This document shows positions 1 to 13,073 of a DNA stretch of 32,000 bases, piece by piece. The position numbers were made by a program, and so were the translations under genes. Source of the DNA: Mycoplasma mycoides subsp. capri (GTDB lineage Bacteria; Bacillota_I; Bacilli_A; Mycoplasmatales; Mycoplasmataceae); the NCBI RefSeq assembly GCF_018389705.1, contig NZ_CP065581.1, forward strand, positions 990,001-1,022,000, read 5' to 3'. Position 1 is the first letter of the stretch, and each line of letters starts with the position of its first letter. The notes below the pieces were generated by a model, which worked only from the letters and a program-made list of their open reading frames with translations, made no database searches and was not told where the DNA came from.

Positions 1-1043
1 TGACTATGAATAGAATGAGATTTTAAAATACCTGGAACTATATATTTATAAGTATTATTTGCACTTGTTTTGTATTTTTTAATATTAGGTTTTTTATCTA
101 ATTTATATTTATAAGAAATATCATCTAAATTATTATAATAAACATATTTATCTAAATTAGAATTACTTTTGTCTGATAATGAAGCAAATAAATTTTTATT
201 TTTAAAATTAAATACATCAACTAATTGATATGGAATTGATAATCAAGAATAAATTTGTCAAATATTTGAAGAACTATTTGAATAATTAACTACATCTTCT
301 AAATATTTAACTTGTTCTACACTAAACTCTTTATTATTAACTCCATTTGGTATTAAAAATAATTCATCTTTATGATTGTTTAAATAATAAGGTTCAACAT
401 TTACTTCATTTCCTGAATGATGATTTTTATATTCTTTATTAATATAAAAGCTAGCTTGATCAACATTAGATTTAACATTAATAGATAAAATCATTCCAAT
501 TAAGCTTAAAGGTACAAATAAAACAAATGGAATAATCATAGAAATCTTTTGAGCTAATTTATAACTTAATAACACTGTAAATAAACTAAATAATAAATAA
601 GTAATTAACCCAACAAATCCTAATAATAAACTAGTTAAAAATAAATATAAAAATGAATAAGTTGCATATAAAGATAAAAAACCACTAATTAATAAAGTTA
701 AAGATCAAATTAATCCAAAAAAGGTCAAGCATAATAATTTACCAATAATTAAAGATTTTCTAGTTAATGGTTTTGATAAACTAATTATTTCTAATCCTTC
801 TTGTTCAAGGTCTTTAAAAATATTTAAAGCTTTAATACAGCTAAAAACAACAGTTAAAGTAATTAAAATAAAAACATATAAAAAACTTAATAACTCTACG
901 TATTTATTATTAACTACAAACTTTAAAATAAGCCCAATAATTAATGAACTAACTAAAGTAAAAATGGGTAAAATTATTGAACTTTTTTTCTTTAAAATAG
1001 TGTAAAAAGCAAATTGTGAGTATTTAAAAGCATTCAGTTTCAT
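1..1043 (-). CDS. ABC-2-like multispanning membrane permease subunit, C-terminus cut by the window edge
   Basis: ORF fragments 705..1043 and 258..575 share one frame when TGA=Trp. Strongly hydrophobic, with the motif 'EGLEIISLSKPLTRKSLIIGKL' typical of ABC-2 permeases. Confidence 0.6.
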
Positions 1044-1120
1044 AAAATATCTTTCTAAAAATTAAAAGTCTTATTTATAAAAATTATAAATAAAATTATA
1101 ACAAAATCCAAGTTATAACA

Positions 1121-1153
1121 AAAAAGACTTACATTTTTTTGTAAGTCTTTTTT
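1121..1153 (-). terminator. Rho-independent-type hairpin aaaaaagacttac / gtaagtctttttt
   Basis: Perfect 13-bp inverted repeat with flanking A/T tracts in the gap between two minus-strand genes. Confidence 0.8.
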
Positions 1154-2920
1154 TTAAGATATTGAATCTGGTAATGCTCCACCAGTTAATAAAAGGATAA
1201 AACATAAAATAAATAAATATGAAATTATTGGTAACATTGCTTTTAAGTATTTAGCATAACTCATTCTAGATAATGAACAAGCTCCCATTACAACTCCTGA
1301 AGTTGGAGTAATTAGATTAACTAAACCTATTGCAAAAGTAAAGGCCATAATTGATCCAGATGAAGCATAAGCTTGTAATTGATTAGTTTTACTATCAACT
1401 AAAGATTTAGCAAGAAGTGGAAAAATAGTTGTTGCAAATCCAGATGAAGATGGAATTAAAAATCCTAGTGGAATAAATACTATAAATAAAACAATAACTT
1501 TAGCTGTTTGATTGTTAATCCCACCAATTGAATTTAAAATCCCTTTAACAAATAGAGATTGTAAATTAGTTTGAACTAAAATATATCCAACTCCAGCAGC
1601 TGTTGCTATTATAAATGCCACTGATAAAATGTCTGAAGCCCCTTCAAATCATTTTTTAATAAATGTAGCTTCACCAATTGAATTGATAATAGCTAATGTA
1701 ATTGAAGCTAATAAGAAAAATGCAGCAACATTATCTAAATCTCCATTTCCTCATCCGGGAATTAGAGCAGTTAAATAAGGAATATTTTTTTTAATTCAAA
1801 TAGCTTGATCTGCCATTTTAGTATTATTAAAAATTGAATCTCATCCAACTAAATAAAAAATCATTACTAAAAAACTAATTGCAAAAACAACTAAAGATAC
1901 TTTCTTTTTTCAATCTAGTTTTATAGTCTTACTTACATGAGCTAAAAAGAATTCTTTATCTCCTTCTAGTGTTGAAAAAGTCACAGATTTAGAAGGATTT
2001 TTTTTAACTTTTAAAGCATATAAAAGTGTAAAAGTAGTAGAAAAACTAGTTAAAATTAATCAACAAATTATTCTTCAAACTAAACCATCACCAATTGTTA
2101 ATTTAGCAGTTGAAGCATCAATTCCACTATTAATTGCAGAAACAGCAATTGGTATTGTAAATGGATTAACTGTTGATCCAATTACTCCAGTTCCAGCACC
2201 AACCATTAAAATTAAAACACCTGTAAAAACATCAAAGCCTGCCATTAACATAATAGGAATAAATATCATATAAAATCCTAATGTTTCTTCAGCAAATCCT
2301 TCAACAGTTCCAAATATTGAAAAAAACAACATTAAAGGAATAATTGCAAATGCTTCTTTTCCTTTTAGTTTAGCAATAATAGCTTGTGATAATCCTTCTA
2401 GTGCTTTTGTTGATACTAAAATATATAAAAAAGCACCAATTGAAATTGTAAAAATAATAATATTAGATTTTAAAACAAATCCTTTAATTGGAGCATAAAT
2501 TACATCAATTATACCAATTGGTTGAATTGGTACTAATCCATTAAAAATAGCATCTCCACTATGTTGAATTGTATAACTATCTTTTATTCAACCATGAGAA
2601 TTATAAACTCAGCCTAAAAAAGAATTGGAATTCATAAAATCAATTCAAGTTTGTGAATTTCCAGCAGTAATATTTGGATATTTACTAGTTCAAGCATTAT
2701 AAATAGGGCTTAAAATAGGATCATATTTTCAATCATTAAAACTAATTGTTTTAACTAAATCAGTTTTAGTTTTTGATCAATATAATATTCAAGAAACTAA
2801 CATTAAAACAAGCATAATTAAAAGAAGAATACTAAAAGAAGAAAGCATTTTTAAACGCTTTTTCTTTTTAATATTGCTATTAAAATTATTCATTTCTGTA
2901 TTCTCAACTTTAATATGCAT
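1154..2920 (-). CDS. YfcC/C4-dicarboxylate anaerobic carrier-like multispanning transporter
   Basis: Fragments 1154..1621 and 2075..2332 share a frame with the ATG at 2920 (589 codons; alternative ATG at 2893). Contains 'GTGVIGSTVNPFTIPIAVSAI' and 'LVNLITPTSGVVMGACSLSRMSYAKYLKAMLP', typical of YfcC-like carriers. Upstream purine-rich AGAAAAGAG. Confidence 0.7.
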
Positions 2921-2988
2921 AAAGACTCTTTTCTAATATATACAAATTTAAATTATACTTAAAAAGTGCTAAACAAATAGCATTAAAT

Positions 2989-3702
2989 TTAAATTCCTTT
3001 AGAATTTAATATTTGTTGTAGTTCTTGATAGTTAGGTAAATAACTAGCTATATGTCTTCAAAAATCTTTTGAATGATTAGGATATAAAATATGAGTAAGT
3101 TCGTGAACAATTACATAATCAATAATTTCAATATTAAAATGTAATAGTTTTGTATTATAAATAATATGCTTTTTTTTAGAATAACACAACCCCCATTTTG
3201 CTTTCATCACTTTTACACTAACATTTTCAAAACTTAAATTCATTTTTTGACTTCAAATTAAAGTTCTACTAATGAATCAGTTTTTATACTCTTTAGCTAA
3301 AAAGTTATAAATTTTTTCTAATTGAATTTGATTATCATAATAGTTTTTAATTAGTATTTTATTATTATTTTTTTTAGGGTGAATGTTTTGATCAACTAGT
3401 TCTATATCAACAGGTTGTTCAAAAATTTTTATTCAAGGTTTATTAGTATAAAAATCATAAACTCTTAAAAACTCATAATTATTCTGAATTTTTATTATTC
3501 TTGATATGTGCTTATAAATGAATTGTTCAATTAAATAAATTGGTGTATTAATTGGAGCACTAATGATTATTTGATTATCAATTAATCTTAAAATTGTGTT
3601 TTTTTGATTTTTATAATGAACATAATAAGTTATTTTATTTCCTTGATAACTTAATTGGTGTTTTTCTTTAGACATTAAATTTAAAAAAGCATACATCTCC
3701 AT
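2989..3702 (-). CDS. YgjP/DUF45-type M48-like metallopeptidase
   Basis: Fragments 3058..3243 and 3433..3702 join (TGA=Trp) into 237 aa. HELTH zinc motif in 'IIDYVIVHELTHILYPNHSKDFW'. Confidence 0.75.
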
Positions 3703-4762
3703 CTTGCATTATGTATGTCTTTCCTTCTAAACGCATTTTACCAGCTTCTTTAATTGCTTTTTCACTACCTAATACTAATAAATCATTAATCGAATAAATA
3801 TCAGCTTTAATAAATCCTTTTAAAAAATCAGTATGAATTACTCCAGCACATTTAGGAGCAGTTCAACCTTTTTTAAATTGCCAACTTCTTACTTCTTGAG
3901 GTCCTGCTGTAAAAAATGTTTGTAATCCTAAAGTATCATAAGCTGCTCTAATTAATTGATCTAAACCAGATTCTTTAATTCCTAATTCTTTTAAAAATTC
4001 AATTTTTTCTTCTTTTGAAGCTTCAGATAAATCTTCTTCTATTTTTGCACAAATTTTAACTACTTGAGAATTTGATTTTTCTGCAAATTGTCTAACTTTT
4101 TTAACATAATCATTATCTTCTAATAATTCAGTATCACTAACATTACATACATAAATAATTGGTTTACTAGTTAGTAATTGATAACTTTTTAAAAGATCAG
4201 TTTGTTCTTCATCTAAAGTTAAACTGTTTAATAAAATTCCTTTATTTAAAGTATCTAATAAATAGTTTAAAAGATCATATTCAACTTTAGCTACTTTATC
4301 ACCTGATTTAAATTTAGGTAATATTTTATCAAGACGTTTTTTAACTGTTGTTTGATCTGCTAGCATTAATTCTAAATTAATAATTTCAATATCTCTGATT
4401 GGGTCAATACTATTTTCTACGTGCATAATTTCTTTATCATCAAAACATCTAACAACTTGACAAATAGCATCAGTTTGTCTAATGTTTGCTAAAAAAGCAT
4501 TACCTAAACCTTCTCCTTGACTAGCTCCAGCAATAAGTCCTGCAATATCAACAAATTCAATAGTTGTAGCTACTCTTTTTTTAGAATTAAAGATTTTAAA
4601 TAATTCATCTAATCTATAATCTGGAACTTCAACAATCCCTACATTTGGTTCTATAGTTGCAAAAGGATAATTTGCAGCTTCAACTTTTGAATTAGTAATT
4701 GCATTAAATAGTGTAGATTTTCCAACATTTGGTAGACCAACAATTCCTACTTGTAATCCCAT
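3668..4762 (-). CDS. ychF: Redox-regulated ATPase/GTPase YchF
   Basis: N-terminus 'MGLQVGIVGLPNVGKSTLFNAITNSKVEAANYPFATIEPNVGIVEVPD' and C-terminus 'EGKTYIMQDGDVCFFKFNV'. 364 aa with TGA=Trp. Confidence 0.96.
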
Positions 4763-4797
4763 ATTATTTACCTTTCTATTTTTTAATAATGATTAAT

Positions 4798-4998
4798 TTA
4801 TTTAATAGTTTTTTTAATGATTTTTTTTAATTGCATTTTTAAAGTTTGTCTGTTTAATTCAATAAACAAATCAAATTGATCACAACTTCTAAATTTATAT
4901 TTAGCTCCAATTCTGATTAATTCTCATCTTATTGTTTTACTTGGATGAGGTTTTTTTAATTCAATAATATCTCCAATTTCAAGCTCTTCATAGTTCAT
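4798..4998 (-). CDS. DUF951 family small protein
   Basis: Manual translation: MNYEELEIGDIIELKKPHPSKTIRWELIRIGAKYKFRSCDQFDLFIELNRQTLKMQLKKIIKKTIK. Contains a TGA Trp codon, so it is missing from the ORF track. DUF951-type signature (LKKPHP...W...G.D..L). Confidence 0.85.
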
Positions 4999-4999
4999 A

Positions 5000-5695
5000 T
5001 TATTTACTCTCTTTTAAAATTTGTTGATATTTTCTTGGATATAAATTATTGGTGTGATTTATCTTTTTATAAAACAAATTAACTCTAGTTCCAAACCCTG
5101 TATCTTCTAATTCTTGAATATTGACTAATTTTAAGTTCATTTTTTGATCTTTATTTTTTAAATCTTTAATTTCTTGATAAGCTTTAGGTCCTTTTAATAA
5201 AATAAACATTCCATCAACTTTAACTAATTGCACACCCAATTCTAAAATAATATCTAAATAAGCAACAGCTCGTGAAATTACTATATCAAATTGTTCTTTA
5301 TACTCATTTAGTTCTTCAGCTCTTTTATTTAAAATTTCAACATCATTTAATTCTAATTTTTGAACTAAATATTTTAAAAAATTAGCTTTTTTATTATTGG
5401 ATTCAATTAAAGTTAATTTAATATTTGGAAAAAAGATTTTTAAAACAACTCCAGGAAAACCAGCACCAGTTCCAATATCAGCTATTTCTTGATCTGTTAT
5501 TTGAAATTGTTCAACAAACAATAAAGAATCTAAAAAGTGTTTTTCAAAAACTTCATTTAGTTGTGTAATTCTTGTTAAGTTATACTTTTGATTTTCTTGT
5601 ATTAAAATTTGATAATAAAGATTAAGCTTATTTTTAATTTCTTGATTTATAGTAAAGTTTTTATAATTTAAAAATATATCTCAATTACTAAACAT
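5000..5695 (-). CDS. rsmG: 16S rRNA (guanine-N7) methyltransferase RsmG (GidB)
   Basis: 'IADIGTGAGFPGVVLKIFFPNIKLTLIESNNKKANFLKYL' SAM-binding motif. Start extended to the ATG at 5695 through a TGA Trp codon. Confidence 0.93.
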
Positions 5696-6291
5696 TAAAA
5701 TAAATTAGATCTTGCTTTTAAAAAGTAAATAACTCCACTATAAATACTAAAAAATGTTGCAATATACATCGGAATCAAAACTAATTGATTTTGTCAATCT
5801 CATTCACTTCAACCAAATATTTTTAAATTAACAAAAAATAATAATGATAATCCAATCATTTGAAAAGTAGTTTTTAATTTCCCGCCCATTCCAGCAGCTA
5901 AAGTAATTCCTTTTGAACTTAAGATCATTCTAATAAAATCAATAAAAGTATCCCTTAAAATTAAAACCACTGTCATTCAAATTGGTAAAACACCTAAACT
6001 AGAGAATAATATTAAAGTAGCATTTACTAATAATTTATCTGCAATTGGATCAAAAAATTTACCAAAATTAGTTACTAAATTATATTTTCTAGCAATTCAT
6101 CCATCTAAAAAATCAGTTAAAGAAGCAATAATAAAAATAGCTCCTGAAATAAATCAAGCAAATTTACTAAAATTAGTAAATACTAAGGCATTCACATAAT
6201 GATCAACTAGTAATAAAACAATAATAATTGGTACTAAAACTATTCTAATAGTTGTTAAAATGTTTGGAAGATTAATTGTTTTTTGTTTCAT
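5695..6291 (-). CDS. pgsA: CDP-diacylglycerol--glycerol-3-phosphate 3-phosphatidyltransferase
   Basis: Manual translation [28 protein letters not shown]...[43 protein letters not shown]. This is the CDP-alcohol phosphatidyltransferase motif DG(x)2AR(x)8G(x)3D(x)3D. Confidence 0.93.
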
Positions 6292-6382
6292 AACATCACC
6301 TTTTTTAATATACATATAAATTTTAAAAAAATAGAATATGTTTTGCACTAAATATATTATAAAACCTAAATTTAACAAAAAT

Positions 6383-6408
6383 AAAACCTACACTAAACTG
6401 TAGGTTTT
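6383..6408 (-). terminator. Hairpin aaaacctaca-ctaaac-tgtaggtttt
   Basis: Perfect 10-bp stem with A/T-rich arms just downstream of the permease stop codon. Confidence 0.75.
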
Positions 6409-6434
6409 GCTATGATTTGAATTTCAGGATTTTC

Positions 6435-7973
6435 TAAATCATATTTTTTTCTTCTTTTTTCTTGAATACATCAAAATATAAAGACAGAACCAAGTTCTAA
6501 TAAAGTTAATAAAATAAATAACGGACCTTGGTAGTAATTACTTGTAAACCAATTTGAATTATTATTATTTTTATTAATCACATCTAGTGGAACAAGTATA
6601 GTAAATAAACTCATTGTTACAAATAAAACTAAACAACAAGCTGCAATTGATCCTAAAACTACAAATCCTTTTTTCTTTTCTACTTCTACTTTATTAGTTT
6701 TTCTATTAAATAAAGCTCCAATTATTAAAGTAATTATCATTATAAATGATAAACACGCATTAGAAGTGGCAATTATTTGAATTGGATAAATTAATCCATT
6801 TGTTGAACTAACTGCTTGTTCAACTGTTGCTGTATTTGTTAGTCCAACTGTTGCTAAAGTTCCAACTAAAATAAATGTCGAATAAATAGCTGTAGCAACA
6901 CTAACTTGAATTATTGCAATTCTTTTTGCTGAAATATTTTTTTGTGAAGTTAAATATAATTTATCAATAACATCTGATTCAATAACTACAAATGAAACAT
7001 AAGATAAATTATTAGCTCCGATTGAACATATTATTATAATAATCACTGAAGTTAAAATATTAGCTACTCTTGATAATGTGCTACTATCACTAGAGCTTAA
7101 AACTTTACCACCATTAAATAATTTTTCTAATAAAGCACCAATTGATCCATCTGGAGAACCCATTAGTAATGAAACGGCTATTAAAGTATAAAATACTGAA
7201 ACAAAGATCATTCCAAAAATTAAAGCTTTTGGAACAACGTCTTTATATTTTGCTTTTCTTTGTGAATTACAAATAAAAATAAACCCATCAAAAGCAAATA
7301 GAATTCCACCAAAACCTCTAAAAAATAATAGTGGATTAAAATTGTTTGTTGATCATTCAACTTTAGAAGTGCCACCGGTTGGATTAGTTATATTAATTCC
7401 ACCACTTAAAAAAGCACCATTTTGATCAAATAAAACTACACCTGCAATAAGTGCAATTGCTAAAGGTATAAATTTAAAAATTGTTCCGAATGCTTGATAC
7501 TTTCTAGATATTGAAAGATCAAAAACATTAATTAAAGCATTAATTATTATTATTGCAATTCCTGTTGTTAAAAATATTAATAAGAAATGTATCCCTTTTA
7601 GTTGCACAGTACTAAACATCATCAAAATAAATGTTATAAAAAATGAAATAAACATTGATTGCATTACTGGTAAATAAAAAAAGGCATTTAAGATTGCAAA
7701 AAACGATCCAACTTTTCTATTAATAAATAGTTTAGTTCAAACTCCAATAGTTCCACTTCCACCATTTTTTGTTGATGAAGCTATTTCTAAAAATAAATAA
7801 ACCATTGAAACACAAACTGAACCAACTATGATTCATAGAATTATTGCTATTATAGGATTTCTTGTATCAAATAAAATTTCTTTATTTTTAAAATATACTC
7901 CAGCTCCAACAACAGAACCAATCGTCATTGCAAATAAAGTTAAAAATTCTAGTAATTTTCCTTTATTTTTCAT
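6435..7973 (-). CDS. APC-superfamily amino acid permease (paralog 1)
   Basis: Fragments 6471..7211 and 7353..7664 share a frame with the start at 7973 (MKNKGKLLEFLTLFAMTIGSVVGAGVYFKNKEILFDTRNP). 'GIPFAFDGFIFI'-like and 'GSPDGSIGALLEKLFNGG' segments. 512 aa. Confidence 0.82.
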
Positions 7974-8086
7974 TATTTCCCTTCCTTTCTTTTTATATAT
8001 ATACTTATAAGTTCAAGTCTATTAATAATGATAATAACACATTCTAATTAATCATTACAACAACTATTTTGCTATTAAATAAAAAA

Positions 8087-8105
8087 AGACTTCTTAAAGA
8101 AGTCT
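8087..8105 (-). terminator. Hairpin agacttc-ttaaa-gaagtct
   Basis: Inverted repeat with a flanking A-run (T-run on the minus strand), directly after the stop of the 8119..8799 gene. Confidence 0.7.
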
Positions 8106-8118
8106 AATAAATTAATAG

Positions 8119-8799
8119 TTATGATCTAATTATTTTTTTAATCAATACTTTTACTCTTTTATAAATTATACAAAAAATTGCATGATTAACTACTAATTTA
8201 ATAATTGTAAACATAAACGTTACAGCTAGTATTGGACCAAATGGTTTTGGTACTTTATATAAATCAAATATAAATGTAGCATTTGAAATATAAGCTACTA
8301 GACCACCAAATAAAGTAGCTATTACTGAAGCAAATACAACAAATAAAATTTCAAATTTTGCAAAAGCTTCACTTTTATTTGATTCGATAAACATTTTTTT
8401 AACAATATAAAACACTGTTGCAAAACCAATAATTGCTGAACTATCAACTAGCATTAATGATAATAAACCAATAGGCTCACTACCTAATAATAGTCTCATT
8501 CAAACTGAAGCAACTGTAAAAATTAAGCTTCAAAATAGATTAGTTGCAGTTAATACTACAGTTGAAACTCAATAGTTAATTTCTAATTTTAAATAAGGTG
8601 CACTTAGAAATATAACTAATGCTCCCATTACATATTTAGAAAATAAAGTAAGTAAGATTTGTAAAGCAAGTAGAGTTGCTAATAGTGCAATTTTATTAGT
8701 AGATAATAAAAAATATTGTCTTAGTGATTGAACTCTTTTGATTTTTTTATCTTTTTGAAGTTCTAAATTATTATCTTTTTTCTCTTTGTATGTGATCAT
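8119..8799 (-). CDS. Multispanning membrane protein resembling an ECF transporter S component
   Basis: Fragments 8119..8499 and 8569..8799 share a frame: 226 aa, polar N-terminus, then several hydrophobic helices with 'ISNATFIFDLYKVPKPFGPI...TIIKLVVNHAIFCIIYKRV'. The ECF assignment is by overall resemblance only. Confidence 0.5.
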
Positions 8800-10309
8800 T
8801 TTTCAAACAAAGACCTCCTATAAGTCTTTTGTTTTGATTATATCAAAGGATGGCTACAAAAATTAAACCTAAAACCATTAATAATAAGAATAAAGGACCT
8901 TGAGAATGTTGAGCTGTTCATCAACTATCTCCATTTCTAATAACACCTAATGGAACTATAAAAGTAAATAATCCCATTGATGAAAAGAAAATAAATGTAA
9001 TTAATCCAAATATTGCTAAAGGGATAAATCCTTTAATTTTTTTAACTTCTACTTTATTAGTTTTTCTATTAACAAGAGCAGCTACTATTAAACTAGCCAT
9101 CATTGCAAATGATAAACAAGAACAAGTTGATGACATAATTTGAATTAAATACAACATCCCAGAAGCTGAATCAGTAGCATTTCCTACTTCAATTTGTTTA
9201 TTTAAACTAATAGAAGAACTAGCTCCAACTATAATAAAAATTGCAAAAATAGCATAAGAAATTACACCTTGAATTAAACCAATCTTTTTAAAACGGTGTT
9301 TATCATCAACTGATTTTATATAACTTAAACCATCAATAACATCTGATTCTAATCCAGCCATTCCAATATATGAATAAGCATTTAATCCTAAAAAGCAAAT
9401 AATCATTGAAATAATTGCAACCATTACTTTAACAGTTTGATTTACTTGAGTTTTTAATGGTTGACCGTTATTAAATACTCTTTCTAATAATTGTTCAATA
9501 GATCCATCTGGTGAACCTAAAATTAGTGAAATTGACATTATTAAATAAAATACAGCAGCAAACGCCATAGCTGAAACTAATGCAATTGGTACTACATCTT
9601 GATGTTTTGCTCTTTTTTTAGAATTACAAATATAAATAAATCCATCAAAAGCAAATAAAATTCCACCAAAACCTCTAAAAAATAATAATGGGTCAAAATC
9701 GTGTTTAGTTCAACTTTTAGTTGCATCAATTCCTCTAACATCAACTCCATTATTTTGTAGTGCACCAAAATGATCAGCTAGAATAAATCCTGCAAATAAT
9801 GCAATAATTAATGGAAAGAATTTAAAACCTGTTCCAAAAATTTGAACTGCTTTAGAACCTTTAATACTAAAGACATTTAATATATTGGTTAATAAAATAA
9901 TAACTGCACCAACTAGTAAAAAAATTAATAAATATTGATAACCATATAATTTAAGATCAAAAATATTTAAAAAATAAGATAATAAAGCTGAAGTAAAAAT
10001 TGCTTGATTTACAGGAGCATAAAACATTGTTTGAAAATTAGCAAAAAAAGAACCAACTCTATGCCCAAAAAAAGCTCTTGATCAAGAACCAATAGTTCCA
10101 TTTTTTGTTGATGAAGATATTTCTAAAAATAAATAAACTACAGCTATACAAGAAATTCCAACTGCAGTTCATAATACTATAGCAATTATTGGGTTGTGTG
10201 TTTCAATTAAAATATCTCTATTTTTAACATAAATACCAGATCCAACAATTGTCCCAACAGACATCATAAACAAAGTTAGAAATTCAAAAAATCTAGACTT
10301 GTTTTTCAT
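8771..10309 (-). CDS. APC-superfamily amino acid permease (paralog 2)
   Basis: Fragments 8921..9568 and 9710..10027 share a frame with the start at 10309 (MKNKSRFFEFLTLFMMSVGTIVGSGIYVKNRDILIETHNP). Parallel to paralog 1, including 'GSPDGSIEQLLERVFNNG'. 512 aa. Confidence 0.8.
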
Positions 10310-10366
10310 ATATTAAACCTTTCTTTTAATTTTAAAGTTATCATAAATTCTAAAAATATAATAGTT

Positions 10367-13024
10367 TTAAATTCAATTTTTAAAAATAATTAAATAGATT
10401 TTTTTAATTATTTCACTAATTATTCAAGCTAATATTTCTAAACCAAGCAATATTAAAAACCATCAAGATAAATTGATATTATTAAAATTACCAATCATCA
10501 TTTTAAACCCTAAACTATTAAAACTACTACTTATAAATACAATCATAAAACAAACTATACTAAAAAATAACATTGAAATTAACATTTGTTTTGATGCTAT
10601 TGATTTAAAAAATGATAATTTATCAGTTCTTAAAACTAAAATAATCATAATATGAGTTAATATACACTCAATAAAATAACAAGTTTGAAATAATTCAATT
10701 GAATAAGCATCTAAACCTTTTATATTAAACCCAAAATATAAAATCACAAAGTTAGTAAAACTAATAATTACTTGTGTTAATCCATTAAATATAGCAAAAG
10801 GAATAATTGATTTAATATTTCATTTTTGCGGCTTTTTAATAGATGATTCATCAACATTATCAAATACAAAAACTAAATTAGCAAAATCAAAAATTAAATT
10901 TTGAATAAGTAATTGAATTGGTGACATTACTTCAAATTTAAATAAAATTGTAGCTAATAATAAAGTTAATAAAATTCCAAAATTAGAAGCAACAGTTATT
11001 TTAATATATTTAATAGCGTTACTAAAAGTTTTTCTTCCAATAATAAAAGCGTGCTCTAAAGCGTTTAAATCTTTTTCTAATAAAATAACATCTGCAGATT
11101 GTTTTGCTAAACTTGAAGCATTATTTACTGAAATACCAACATCAGCTTTTTTTAAAGCAACTGCATCATTAACTCCATCACCTAAAAAACCAACAACATT
11201 ATTAGATTTTAAACTATCTATGATTTTTGCTTTATCTAGTGGAGAAAGTTTATAAAAAATATTAACTGATTGACTTATTTTTATTAACTCTTCTTTAGTT
11301 AAATTATTGATTTGTTTTCCAATTAAATTAGTATTTGAATTAATCCCTACTTGATCACATACATTTTTACAAGTATATAAATTATCACCACTTAAAACTT
11401 TAATATCAATATCATAAGCTTTAAAAGTATCTATTACTTGTTTTACATTCTCTCTAATTTGATCACTAAAAACTACCATTCCTAAATATATTAAATTTTT
11501 ATTATCAATAACATCTGAATTTTTATAACTTAAAACTAGTACTTTATAACCTTTTTTAGTATAACTATTAACTTGATCAATTATCATATTTTTATAATTG
11601 TCACAAAGATTAATAACTTGATTATTAACATTAATAAAACTAGTAATTTCTAATATTTCTTCTAAACTACCTTTAGTAATTAAAAGATTAGAGTTATTAA
11701 AATTAATCAAAACTGATGAAATTCTAAAATTATGATCAAAACTTAAATGATCAATTAATTTAATATCACTAATATTTGTTTTAAACTGATCAATGATTGC
11801 TTTATCAATAGTGTCAAACAAATTATTTTGAAAATAAGCATTATAAAAAAAGTATTGCTTTAAAAGCTTATTTTTTTGATTATTAATATCTAAATATGTT
11901 TCAATATTAGTTGTATCTAAAGTTAAAGTCCCAGTTTTATCAGTTGCTAAAATATTAACTGACCCAATGTTTTGTAATACAGAAAGCTTTTTAATAACAA
12001 CTTTGTTTTTAGATAATCTTTTTGAAGCTAGTTTTAAATTAGAAGAAATAATAGCAGGCAAAGCTTCAGGAGTTAGTGAAACTGCTATAGATAATCCAAA
12101 AACTAAACTTGAAGTTCAATTACTAAATCCACTTTTTAATAAAGAAATAAAAGTAATAATAAATACTAAAATAGAAATTAAATAAATTAAAATTTTAGTA
12201 ACTTTATTAATTCCTTTTTCATAATCAGTAATTATTTCATCATCAATTAAATCTAATAAAGAATTTGAATAATTATCTTTATTTATATTAATAACTACAG
12301 CTAAACAATTACCTGAAACTATTAAAGTTTCTTTAAATAAAATATTTTCTAGTTCTAAAAAATTAGTTTTAGTGTTAGTAGTTTGTTTTTTGATTGCTTT
12401 AGATTCACCAGTTAAAGTAGATTCATCTAAATAAAGATCTTCTGATCAAATAATTCTACAATCACTTGGAATAATATCTCCTTTTGATAAATAAACAACA
12501 TCACCAATTGTTAAATTAGATTGCTTTTCTTTTATTAAATTATTTTTAATATTTTGATAGTTTAAATTATTAAAATCTTTTATTTGATCATTAACTACAA
12601 ATACATCATTTTCTATTATTTTAGTTAATTTTAAATTAAATTTATAAGCTTTATATTCTTGAATAAAATCAACAATACTAGCTAAAAAAATCATAAAAAA
12701 GATAATAAAAGCAGATATTAAAGTAATTCAATTTCTTTGAAATAAAAAATAAATAATCAATTCTAATATACCAATAAACAATAATAATAAATTAAATGGT
12801 TCTATCAAAGTTTCTAGTATTTTTTTAAATATTAAAAACTTTTTAACAACAATTTGATTAGAACCAAATTTTGAAATATTGTTTTGTCTTGTTTGATTAT
12901 TTAGCCCTATTTTTGAATCTAAAACACTTTCTAAGTTATTAGAATTAGTATTAGATAATTTAATTACATAATCTTGTTTTTTATAATCTAAAGATTTTAA
13001 ATTACCTTTTTTTGTTTTAAACAT
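10367..13024 (-). CDS. mgtA: P-type cation-translocating ATPase, magnesium-type (MgtA-like)
   Basis: Four ORF fragments share one frame (885 aa). 'NILATDKTGTLTLD' phosphorylation motif, 'GFLGDGVNDAVALKKADVGISV' hinge, and MgtA-like 'MSPIQLLIQNLIFDFANLVFVFDNVDESSIKKPQKW' near the C-terminal membrane domain. Confidence 0.88.
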
Positions 13025-13073
13025 ATATGCCTTTCAATACAATAATAATTATATATTAAAAATAGAGCAAATA

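Noticed and set aside
7828-8010. + strand ORF MIHRIIAIIGFLV...
   Set aside because: Antisense to the N-terminus of the APC permease, which continues through a TGA Trp codon.
10473-10655. + strand ORF in the P-type ATPase tail
   Set aside because: Antisense shadow of a hydrophobic segment, no supporting features.
11967-12185. + strand ORF antisense to the DKTGT region
   Set aside because: The minus frame carries the invariant P-type ATPase motif.
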